DNA of 64,000 nucleotides. It comes from an uncultured delta proteobacterium. Its GTDB lineage: Bacteria > Myxococcota > Myxococcia > Myxococcales > 40CM-4-68-19. The notes below the pieces were generated by a model. It searched no databases, was not told where the DNA came from, and saw only the letters and a program-made list of their open reading frames with translations. Positions 48,539 to 57,020 of the stretch are shown one piece after another. Every line of letters starts with the position of its first letter. Position 1 is the stretch's first letter. The stretch is from NCBI GenBank assembly GCA_903911145.1, contig CAIWCD010000014.1, positions 124,001 to 188,000 of the forward strand. Direction: 5' to 3'. The position numbers and the translations under genes are program-made.

Positions 48539-49693
48539 TCACAGCGCGAGGTCGCGCCGCACGTCGTTCGGGTAGAGCTTCGCGAGCTCCTCCGCTGCTG
48601 CGCGGGCCGCATCGCTCTCGGGGGGAACCTGGATCTGCACGACGACGTAGAGATCGCCGCGCGGCGTTTCAGCGCCGCCCTTGAGCGACGGCAGTCCGCG
48701 ACCGCGCAGGCGCAGCTTGCGCGAGCTCTGCGAGCCGGGAGGGATCTTCAGCTTGACCGGGCCCTCGAACGTTGGCGCGGTGACCTCGCCCCCGAGCAGC
48801 GCCTCGCCGACGGTGATCGGCAGATCGAGAAAGAGGTCGCGTCCCTCGACGCGGACGCGCTCGTGGGGCCGGACGGTGATCCGCAGGTAGAGATCTCCCG
48901 CGGGGCCGCCGTTGCGCGCAGGCGCGCCTTGTCCGGGCAAGCGCACGCGCGAGCCAGTCTCGACGCCAGCGGGGATGCGCACCTTGAGCCGCACCAGCTC
49001 TTCCTTCTGGCCCTCGCCGTTGCAGACGAGGCACTGCTCGCGGACCTTGCCCTCGCCGCGGCAGCGTGGGCACATGCGACGGCCGCGCAGCTCGCCGACG
49101 CCGTTGCAGTCGGGGCAGTTCGTCACCTTCGAGCCGGTGCGCACGCCTGTGCCGTTGCAGTCCGCGCAGCGCACGGGCTTGCGCACCGAGAGTTCGCGCT
49201 CGGAGCCAAGCACTGCGTCGCGCAAGTCGACCGACAGCTCGCTTTCGGAGTCCGCCCCCGGTCCGTTCTCCTCGTCGAACGACTCCTGCCGGGCTCGCCG
49301 TCCGCGCGACGAATCGCGCTGCGAGAAGAAGTCGCCGAACATGCTGCCGAGATCGCCGGGATCAAATCCGCCGCCACCAGCGCGGCCGCCCGCGAATGAT
49401 CCGCTCTGATACTCCTCGGCCTGCTTCTGATAATCGCGGACCGCGCGCGCCTTCTTCTCGTCGAAGCCACTCTTGGTGGCCATCTCGCCGAACTCGTCGT
49501 AGAGGCCGCGCTTCTTCGCGTCGCCGAGCGTGTCGTAGGCGACGGAGACGTCCTTGAACCGCTCCTCGGCCTTCTTGTCGCCCGGATGCGAATCGGGATG
49601 CAGCTTCTTCGCGAGCTTGCGGTAGGCCTTCTTGATCTCATCGGCGGAGGCGGAGCGAGGCACGCCGAGAATTGAGTAGAGGTCCTGTGGCAC
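48539..49693 (-). CDS. DnaJ-family co-chaperone (J domain, four CxxCxGxG, C-terminal domain)
   Basis: DLYSILGV..IKKAYRKLAKKLHPD; CADCNGTG, CPDCNGVG, CPRCRGEG, CLVCNGEG; GDLY. Confidence 0.92.
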   Translation of the reverse strand: MPQDLYSILGVPRSASADEIKKAYRKLAKKLHPDSHPGDKKAEERFKDVSVAYDTLGDAKKRGLYDEFGEMATKSGFDEKKARAVRDYQKQAEEYQSGSFAGGRAGGGGFDPGDLGSMFGDFFSQRDSSRGRRARQESFDEENGPGADSESELSVDLRDAVLGSERELSVRKPVRCADCNGTGVRTGSKVTNCPDCNGVGELRGRRMCPRCRGEGKVREQCLVCNGEGQKEELVRLKVRIPAGVETGSRVRLPGQGAPARNGGPAGDLYLRITVRPHERVRVEGRDLFLDLPITVGEALLGGEVTAPTFEGPVKLKIPPGSQSSRKLRLRGRGLPSLKGGAETPRGDLYVVVQIQVPPESDAARAAAEELAKLYPNDVRRDLAL

Positions 49694-49798
49694 GGCTGGA
49701 CCATAAGCATCGAAGCATGGGGGGTCAACGAAGGGCGGCGAATTTTTCCCGCGCGCAAATTGGCCCGGCGAGCGAGCGGTGGATTAGAAGTGCGGCTG

Positions 49799-50488
49799 AT
49801 GCGCTCTCTTCGTCTGCCTCTCGCGCTGCTCGTCGCTCTCACGCTGTCGATGCGTGCACGCGCCGACGCGACGCCGCGTCGCCTGCTCGACGAGGTCGTC
49901 GCGGTGGTCGAGGCGCAGTCGATCACGCTCTCCGATCTTGCGAGCGAGACGCGCATCGAGTTGGTGCTCGATCGCGGTGCGCAGATGGCGACGGTGCCAC
50001 TCTCGCGCGGCCTGCTCGCCGCTTCGCTGCGCAAGCTGCTCCAGGAACGCCTGGTGCTCGTCGAGGTGGAGCGGTTGCGTCTGGGCGAGCCGGACCGTGT
50101 GGAGCTCGACAAGAGGCGCCGGAATCTCCGCGAGCGCTTTCCATCGCAGGCGCGCTACGAGCAGTTTCTGCGCTCACTCGAAATGACCGACGAAGAGGTC
50201 GAGGCCGTGCTCGGGCGGGCGCTGAGGGTCGAGCGATATCTCGACAATCGGCTCCGGCTGACCTCGCAGCTGCGCGGGACCGAACTGGCCGATGCGGCCG
50301 CCGCGCAGGGAGGGCTCGCGAAGATGACGCGCGCGCAGCAGGAGGCGCTGCGGCGCGCGGTCTCGCAGGCGAAATACGATCGGCAGCTGCAGGAGCTTCT
50401 CGCCGATCTGCGCAAGCGCACATTGGTTCGCATCCTCGATCCGATCGAGCAGGGCAGCTCCGACGCCGACGCGCCGGCGGGGAAGTAG
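49799..50488 (+). CDS. Periplasmic SurA N-terminal-like chaperone domain protein
   Basis: Signal peptide, LLDEVVAVVE...ITLSDL, terminal LRKRTLVRI; no PPIase domain. Confidence 0.65.
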   Translation: MRSLRLPLALLVALTLSMRARADATPRRLLDEVVAVVEAQSITLSDLASETRIELVLDRGAQMATVPLSRGLLAASLRKLLQERLVLVEVERLRLGEPDRVELDKRRRNLRERFPSQARYEQFLRSLEMTDEEVEAVLGRALRVERYLDNRLRLTSQLRGTELADAAAAQGGLAKMTRAQQEALRRAVSQAKYDRQLQELLADLRKRTLVRILDPIEQGSSDADAPAGK

Positions 50489-50494
50489 CGGATC

Positions 50495-51001
50495 TTGACG
50501 ACGCGGGATGCGACAGGCGCGCTAGCGGTCCTCCGTGCGGCGCAGCGCGACGATCTCGACGCGATCCTCGCCATCGAGGCGGTCTCCTATCGGCATCCCT
50601 GGACGCGCGCGATGTTCGAGCGCGAGTTCGAGCAGGCGTGGAGCAGCATTCTCGTCGCATCCGAAACGCACGCGGATGGCTCCCAGCGCGGACATGCGCG
50701 CGTGGTCGGCTTCATCATCTTCTGGCGCGTGCAGGACGAATTCCATCTGCTCAACGTCGCTGTTGCAGAGGACGCGCGGCGACGCGGCATCGGGACGCTG
50801 CTGCTCAACGAGCTCGATACGCGCGCGCGTTCGGCCGACGCAGCCGTCATCACACTCGAGGTTCGTGCCGCTTCGAAGGGAGCGCAGGAACTCTATCGCC
50901 AGCTGGGATATCGGCAGGTCGGCCTGCGGAAGAACTACTATGCCGACGAGGGCGAGGACGCGGTCGTGATGTTGTGCGAGTTGCGCAATCGCGGATTCTA
51001 A
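50495..51001 (+). CDS. rimI: Ribosomal protein S18 alanine N-acetyltransferase
   Basis: IE..SY.HPW, HLLNVAV..RRRGIG, LEVR, LYRQLGY, RKNYY, EDAVVM. Confidence 0.92.
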   Translation: MTTRDATGALAVLRAAQRDDLDAILAIEAVSYRHPWTRAMFEREFEQAWSSILVASETHADGSQRGHARVVGFIIFWRVQDEFHLLNVAVAEDARRRGIGTLLLNELDTRARSADAAVITLEVRAASKGAQELYRQLGYRQVGLRKNYYADEGEDAVVMLCELRNRGF

Positions 51002-51019
51002 AGCGCGGAGAACCACACG

Positions 51020-52129
51020 ATGATGAACTGGCTCTATCGGCGCTTGCGTCCGCTGCTCTTTCTCCTCGAACCGGAGCTTGCGCACGGACTCGTCGGGGCC
51101 TTTCTCCGTGCCTGGTCGCGGCTGGCACCGGCCCCGCGCGCAATCGGAATCTCACTCGCGCCTCCTCTCGCGGCTCGCTTGCGACAGACACTGCTCGGGA
51201 TTCGCTTTGACAGTCCAATCGGGCTCGCAGCGGGTCTCGACAAAGGCAGCGTGCTCGCACCGGCCTGCTTCCGCCTCGGGTTCGGCTTCGTTGAAATCGG
51301 CAGCATGACGCCCCGACCGCAGAGTGGAAATCCCCGGCCGCGCATGTTTCGCATTCCACGCGCGCGGGCCTTAATCAACCGCATGGGGTTCAACAACGAC
51401 GGCCTCGCGCTGGTCTCGGCGCGGCTCGCCCGCCTCCCGCGCCAGCCCGGACCTGTTGGCATCAATCTCGGTAAGAACAAAGATACGCCCAACGAGCAGG
51501 CGAGCGACGATTACATCGCTGGGATCCGCGCGCTGTCGCCCTACGCCGATTACTTCGCGATCAACGTGTCGAGCCCGAATACCCCGGGTCTGCGCGATCT
51601 GCAGAGTGCGGCCGAGCTCTCCCGCCTCATCCAATCGATTGTCCGCGTTCGCAATGAACTCGCGGCGCAGCCGGGGGCACGGCATATCCCGATATTCGTC
51701 AAGCTATCGCCGGATGAATCGGACGAGAGCCTCGGGTCGATTGCACGGGGCGCGAAGGAGTGGGGCGCGGATGGTTTGATTGCCACCAATACAACTCTCG
51801 CGCGCACAGGCGTCGAATCGGAGGCGGCCTCTGCGCAGGCGGGAGGACTTTCGGGTGAGCCACTGCGCGCGCGTGCGCTCGCTGCTTGCAAGCTGCTCTA
51901 TCGCGAGACGCGCGGGACCATGCCGATCATCGGCGTCGGCGGCATTGCCACCGCGCAGGACGCCTATGCGCGCATTCGCGCGGGCGCGAGTCTGGTGCAG
52001 CTCTATTCGTCGCTCGTTTTTGAAGGCCCGTCGGTGGCGGGCGATATCGCCAAGGGGCTTTCGCAACTGCTCGAGCGGGATGGGCTGACGCTCCCGGAAG
52101 CGATTGGTCGCGACGCGGCCTTGGAATGA
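51020..52129 (+). CDS. pyrD: Quinone-dependent dihydroorotate dehydrogenase
   Basis: GLAAGLDK, GNPRPRMFR, INRMGFNN, NLGKNK, NVSSPNTPGLR, KLSPD, GGLSG. Confidence 0.97.
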   Translation: MMNWLYRRLRPLLFLLEPELAHGLVGAFLRAWSRLAPAPRAIGISLAPPLAARLRQTLLGIRFDSPIGLAAGLDKGSVLAPACFRLGFGFVEIGSMTPRPQSGNPRPRMFRIPRARALINRMGFNNDGLALVSARLARLPRQPGPVGINLGKNKDTPNEQASDDYIAGIRALSPYADYFAINVSSPNTPGLRDLQSAAELSRLIQSIVRVRNELAAQPGARHIPIFVKLSPDESDESLGSIARGAKEWGADGLIATNTTLARTGVESEAASAQAGGLSGEPLRARALAACKLLYRETRGTMPIIGVGGIATAQDAYARIRAGASLVQLYSSLVFEGPSVAGDIAKGLSQLLERDGLTLPEAIGRDAALE

Positions 52130-52141
52130 AACCCCATTCGA

Positions 52142-53098
52142 CTATGCGGCCAGTGCGTTCGACGAACTCTGCTGCGATTGCTCATCCTGTTCGATCGGGC
52201 CGAGCAGTGTGCGGAAGGCAGCCATCGTGACTGACGCGAGCGAGAGTCCGATGATGATATCGAGCATGTAATGGTGGTTGAGATAGACCGCCGAGAAGCA
52301 GACGAGAAGCCAATAGGCGACCGCGGGCGCGCGGAACTTCGGCAATACCCAACCATAGAACATCGCCAGAAACGGATAGACGACGTGGAGGCTGGGGATC
52401 GCGCCGAAGACGTCGGCGCTCTTGCCATAGAAGCCCTGCATGATCGGCATACCGACCAGCTGATCGAATCGAATCGCGCCGGCGGGCGAGGCGTGGACGG
52501 AGAAATCGGCGATGAATCCGTGGGCCGCGACATACCAGGGCGGTGCGGCGGGATAGGTGTAATAGAAGCTGAAGCCAATGAAATTGGCGGCGACGAAGAC
52601 CCAGGCAAAGCGAATCGCACGACGCTCCCTGCCCGAGAAGTAGAGATAGAGCGTTAATAAGACTGACTCGCCGACGAAGAAGAACGGCGTGTAGGCGAGG
52701 CCGCAGACAAAATCGAGGAACGGGATGGTCCGCTTCTGCCACCACTCGTTGGGCGTGACGATTCCCGCTGCGTCATTAATCCCGAAGAAGTGCTTATCGA
52801 ACTCATAGGGCTCGCGCAGATGGACGGTCGGCGAGCGGATGGCGTCCGCGTACCAGCGCATGGAATCGTAGACGACGACATAGAGGAGAAACGGAAACAC
52901 GATTCTCGCCAGCCGGCGCGACTCATCGGACCAGAGCGCGAAGCCGAAAATGACCACCGTCGCGAGCGCGTGCACCAGGTCGAGCCCTCCGACGGACTGG
53001 AGCGCGATCGGGTAGAGAACGCAGAATACGGGAACGACCGCCTTGAAGATCCAATGGGCGCGACGGAGTTGCTCCGCGCGCTGGGTAATCGTCAGCAC
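52142..53098 (-). CDS. Aur1-like inositol phosphorylceramide synthase (PAP2 superfamily phosphotransferase)
   Basis: YPAAPPWY, ASPAGAIRFD, FGAIPSLH, VYLNHHYMLD closely follow fungal Aur1 conserved boxes. Confidence 0.85.
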   Translation of the reverse strand: MLTITQRAEQLRRAHWIFKAVVPVFCVLYPIALQSVGGLDLVHALATVVIFGFALWSDESRRLARIVFPFLLYVVVYDSMRWYADAIRSPTVHLREPYEFDKHFFGINDAAGIVTPNEWWQKRTIPFLDFVCGLAYTPFFFVGESVLLTLYLYFSGRERRAIRFAWVFVAANFIGFSFYYTYPAAPPWYVAAHGFIADFSVHASPAGAIRFDQLVGMPIMQGFYGKSADVFGAIPSLHVVYPFLAMFYGWVLPKFRAPAVAYWLLVCFSAVYLNHHYMLDIIIGLSLASVTMAAFRTLLGPIEQDEQSQQSSSNALAA

Positions 53099-53099
53099 G

Positions 53100-55628
53100 T
53101 TAATCAGCTCCAGTCGATGGTGCAGCAGTGGGAGGTGTGTTGGCCGCGACGCGGCGCTCGTTGAGGGCGAGCAGCGCGGGCAGCGCGAAGAGTGCGGCGG
53201 ACAAGCAGGTCAATTCGCCGATGACGGCGGTCAAGCCGAATGATTGTATCGCCTGGTTATCGGCGACAAGGAGCGCGGCATATCCAATCACCGTGGTCGC
53301 GGAGCAGAGCGCGACGGCGCCGCCGGAGGCCGCGAGCGCCGATTCGACCGAGGCTTCATGGCGCGTGCGCTCGTAGAGATTCACCGCGTAATCGACGCCG
53401 ATGCCAAACGTAATCGGCAGCACGGAGAAGTTGACGAAGTTGAATTGAATTCCGAAGAGCCCGAGCGCGCCGAACATCCAGAGCACGCCGAGGCAGAGCG
53501 GCCCGACCACCCAGAATGCGTGGCGCAGTGAGCGCAGCGCAATGAGGGTCAAGAGCGAGACGCCGAGAAAGCTGAATGCGCCGGCGAGGAGTCCGTCCCT
53601 GGAGATGATGCTGACGATATCGGCCGTCAGAACGATCTGTCCCGCGATGCGCGCCTGGGGCGCGACCGAATGTGCGGCGCCGCGGACCTCGGCCGCGTGC
53701 GCGACCTCCTCTCGGCCGTGGTGCGCGTCGGCGCCCAGCGTCGGATAGACCATCACCAGTTTTCCCGCGCTGCCGTCCTTCTCGTGGAAGAAGCGCTGCA
53801 TACGCTCGGGAACTTCCGAGAGCGAGACTGTGCGCAGTTGCGTCTTGTCGTGCAGACGCTGCACCAGGGGACGTAGGTCCTCGGGCAGATGCGCAATCAC
53901 CGCTGGGGTTAATTCATCGAAGAGCTGGCTTAATAAGATTAACTTGGTCGGCTGGTCCGCCGGCAGGAGCCCGGAGAGCGTGCGCACCGAATCGATCGTG
54001 CTCGCCTTCCCGCGCTCCGCCTGGCTTTGCCTGGCCGCGGCGGCGACGGCGTTCGCCTCTTCGACGGAGTCGGTCAGCACCACTGTCGGCGTCTGATAAG
54101 ACTGCATGACCGCGTCGACGTGCGCGTCCCACGAGGCTGCGCCCTGCCGCAATCCGAGGCGACTGCCGAGTTTGGTGAAGTCGTAGAGAATCGGATCGCG
54201 CGCAAATCGGGCGACGCCGACGAACGAGGCCGCGAGCATGATTCCGACCGCCATCAACGTCGCAGCGGGCGCTCGCGTAATCGTCCGCGCATACCACGTC
54301 GCGAAACTGCCCACCGCTGCGCGCGCGCGCTTCCCCTCGACCGGCAGCGGCCGGAATCGCTCGACGAGCGCCACCAGCGGCGGCATTCCGAGATAGGTCG
54401 CAATCCAGCAGAGGAGCATTCCATAGAAGCCCATCAAGCCGAATTGATTAAAACCGCGGAAGCGGACGAACATTAACGTGCCGTAACTGACCGCCGCCGC
54501 CGCGCTTGCACAGAGCGTCGCGGGCCAGGTGCTGGTTAATGCAATGCGCATTGCCTCGGCGAGCGGCTTCTTTCTCCGCTGCTCCTCGAAACAGCGCGCG
54601 AGCAGAATCACGCCGGGATTAATCCCGTTGCCGACGATGATGCTGCCGAGGAAGGCGGTGTTGGGATTGAGGTAATGAATCAACACGCGCGCGATCGCGA
54701 AGTTGATGGTGACGCCCGCGAAGAGGGGCAATACCAGCAATGGAATTGCGCGCAGCGTCCGGTAATAGAGCAGCAGCGCGAGGCCGACGAAGAGCAGCAC
54801 CAGCACCGACGAGAGCATCAGGTCGCGCACCAGCGCCTCCTGCGCTTCAATCACCGAGCGGATTTCGCCGCCATAGCCGACATAGATTGACGGGTGATAT
54901 CTCGCGGGATTGACCTCCGCGACGACCGCCTCCACCGCGTGCGTCATCTCCAGGTTATGGGCGAGCGTAACGCCGACATCGGGCGGCGTGAGGAAGATCA
55001 CGAACGTCTGGTTGTTCTCTCCAGCGAGATATCCGTTGGGATATCGATCGAGTTGCTTGAAGGCCGCGCGCAGCTTGTCGAGTCCGCGGCGGATCTCCGG
55101 ATCGTCGACGGCGCTGTCGATGGTTTCAGGCGGCGCCGCATCGTCGTCGCTGAGATCGACCGCGAGGGGATTGGCCTTTCGCACGGCCTCGTGGCGGGCG
55201 TGGCGCAGATGGTCGAGCGTCGATTGCAGATCCTTCACGTCGGTGTAGAGCGCGCCGTGGGTCTCGAACCAGGCCTTCTCTTCATCGATGCGATCATCGA
55301 CACGCGCCACCAGCGTGGGCGGGAGCTTGCGCAGCCGTTCTGCGAGCGCATCGACGAACTTCGCGCCAGCCGCGAAATCATCGCTGTGGATCACCAGTGT
55401 CAGATGCGAGAGCCCGCCGAGGCGCTGCTCCAGCTCATCAAGGCCCAGTGCGGCCGGCGCGCCTTTCGGCAGCAACTCGCGCAGGTCGGTATGCAGGTCG
55501 CCATACAGGCGAATCGTCCCTGGCAGTCCCGCGAGCAGCGCGGCGATCACGCAGGCAGACAGCATCCCAGCGCGCCGAAGCGAGAGGTCGCTCCAGTAGG
55601 TCAGGAAACGATCGATTGCGGCTCGCAT
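53100..55628 (-). CDS. MMPL/RND-family lipid transporter
   Basis: TDLRELLP, GNGINPGV, ITFGIGVDY, two TM bundles and two periplasmic domains. Confidence 0.9.
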   Translation of the reverse strand: MRAAIDRFLTYWSDLSLRRAGMLSACVIAALLAGLPGTIRLYGDLHTDLRELLPKGAPAALGLDELEQRLGGLSHLTLVIHSDDFAAGAKFVDALAERLRKLPPTLVARVDDRIDEEKAWFETHGALYTDVKDLQSTLDHLRHARHEAVRKANPLAVDLSDDDAAPPETIDSAVDDPEIRRGLDKLRAAFKQLDRYPNGYLAGENNQTFVIFLTPPDVGVTLAHNLEMTHAVEAVVAEVNPARYHPSIYVGYGGEIRSVIEAQEALVRDLMLSSVLVLLFVGLALLLYYRTLRAIPLLVLPLFAGVTINFAIARVLIHYLNPNTAFLGSIIVGNGINPGVILLARCFEEQRRKKPLAEAMRIALTSTWPATLCASAAAAVSYGTLMFVRFRGFNQFGLMGFYGMLLCWIATYLGMPPLVALVERFRPLPVEGKRARAAVGSFATWYARTITRAPAATLMAVGIMLAASFVGVARFARDPILYDFTKLGSRLGLRQGAASWDAHVDAVMQSYQTPTVVLTDSVEEANAVAAAARQSQAERGKASTIDSVRTLSGLLPADQPTKLILLSQLFDELTPAVIAHLPEDLRPLVQRLHDKTQLRTVSLSEVPERMQRFFHEKDGSAGKLVMVYPTLGADAHHGREEVAHAAEVRGAAHSVAPQARIAGQIVLTADIVSIISRDGLLAGAFSFLGVSLLTLIALRSLRHAFWVVGPLCLGVLWMFGALGLFGIQFNFVNFSVLPITFGIGVDYAVNLYERTRHEASVESALAASGGAVALCSATTVIGYAALLVADNQAIQSFGLTAVIGELTCLSAALFALPALLALNERRVAANTPPTAAPSTGAD

Positions 55629-55661
55629 AGCGACGTTGATTCTCTCGAGATCGCGGTGCGG

Positions 55662-57005
55662 CTATGCCGCGTTGTGCCTGCGAGCGACCTGCGCGATTGC
55701 TTCTCGCAGAAGGCCGAGGCCCGTCAGCGCCGTCGCTGCGTCAATCGTCAGCGCAGGCTGCAAACGGATGCAGTGCGTGTAGCTCATCGCCAGAAGGCCG
55801 CGCTTGAGGCCCTCTTGAAAAATCTCCTCGCACAGCTTCTTCGCGAGCGGCTCCTTCGTCTTGCGATCGGCCACCAGCTCGACGGCGAGGAAGAGGCCTT
55901 CGCCGCGAACATCGCCGACCCAGCGAAGCGACTCCTTCCACGTCTTGAGCTCATTGAGCATCGTTGCGCCAACCGTGCGCACGTTCTCGAGGACATTCTC
56001 TGCTTTGAGCGTGCGAATCGACGCCAGCGCCGCTGCGGCCGCGAGGGGATTGCCGCCATAGCTCGACGACGATCCGCTTGGATTGCTCCACGGCTTCGCC
56101 TGCGCGATCTCGCTCTTGGCCAGCACGCCGCTCACGGGGAAGCCGCTCGCGAAGGCCTTGCCCAGGGTAATGAGGTCGGGCGTGACGCCGCTGCGCTCGC
56201 AGGCAAACCAGCGCCCCGTGCGGCCGAAGCCGGTAATCATCTCGTCGGAGATGAAGAGCGCGTCGTTCTCCTTCGCGAGCTCATAGGCGCGCTGCACGAA
56301 CTCCGGCGGCGGAATCACATTGCCCGCAGTGCCCTGCAGCGGCTCGACAATCACCGCCGCGATGCTGCCCGCCGTTGAGTTCTTGAGCTGCTCGCGCGCG
56401 AGATCGGCGCAGGCAATTCCGCAGCTGGGATATTCGAGCTTTAATGGACAGCGATAGCAATTCGCATAGGGCAGCTTATGCCCCGGAGGTATCGGCCCAT
56501 AGGTCTTCGCATTGCCCGCGCCATTGACCGCCAGCGTGCCGAGCGTCTTGCCGTGGAAGCCGCCCCAGAAGCCGACCATCTCGTGGTGGCCCGTCGCATT
56601 CTTCGCCAGGCGGAAGGCGCTCTCCACCGCCTCGGCACCGCTGGAATAGAGCTGGAGCCGATCGACTCCCTTCGGCGCGACGCTCGCGACCTCCTGCACG
56701 AGCTGCGCGCGCACGGCGGTCGTGAACGAGCCGACCGTCGACTTCTCGATCTGCGCGTGGAGCGCCTCTTTATAAGCAGGGTGGCCGTGGCCGAGGGCAT
56801 TAACTCCGATACCGCCGATTAGATCGACGAAGCGATTCCCGTCGACGTCTTCGATCACCGAGCCCTGCGCCCGCTCCACCGCGATGCCGCTCGAGAGCGC
56901 AAAGCCTTGCAGGCCGGGCGCGAGTTTCTCCTGCTCCTGCTCGAAGAGCGCCTTTGATTTTGGCCCGGGGATCTCGGTCTGGATATGCGGTGCGGTCAGG
57001 GTCAC
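55662..57005 (-). CDS. PLP-dependent class III aminotransferase
   Basis: DVDGN.FVD, LGHGHP, SGAEAVE, GFHGKT, EPLQG, DEMITGFGRTG, GKAFASG, YGGNP. Confidence 0.93.
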   Translation of the reverse strand: MTLTAPHIQTEIPGPKSKALFEQEQEKLAPGLQGFALSSGIAVERAQGSVIEDVDGNRFVDLIGGIGVNALGHGHPAYKEALHAQIEKSTVGSFTTAVRAQLVQEVASVAPKGVDRLQLYSSGAEAVESAFRLAKNATGHHEMVGFWGGFHGKTLGTLAVNGAGNAKTYGPIPPGHKLPYANCYRCPLKLEYPSCGIACADLAREQLKNSTAGSIAAVIVEPLQGTAGNVIPPPEFVQRAYELAKENDALFISDEMITGFGRTGRWFACERSGVTPDLITLGKAFASGFPVSGVLAKSEIAQAKPWSNPSGSSSSYGGNPLAAAAALASIRTLKAENVLENVRTVGATMLNELKTWKESLRWVGDVRGEGLFLAVELVADRKTKEPLAKKLCEEIFQEGLKRGLLAMSYTHCIRLQPALTIDAATALTGLGLLREAIAQVARRHNAA

Positions 57006-57020
57006 GGCGGCAGAGCTCCT

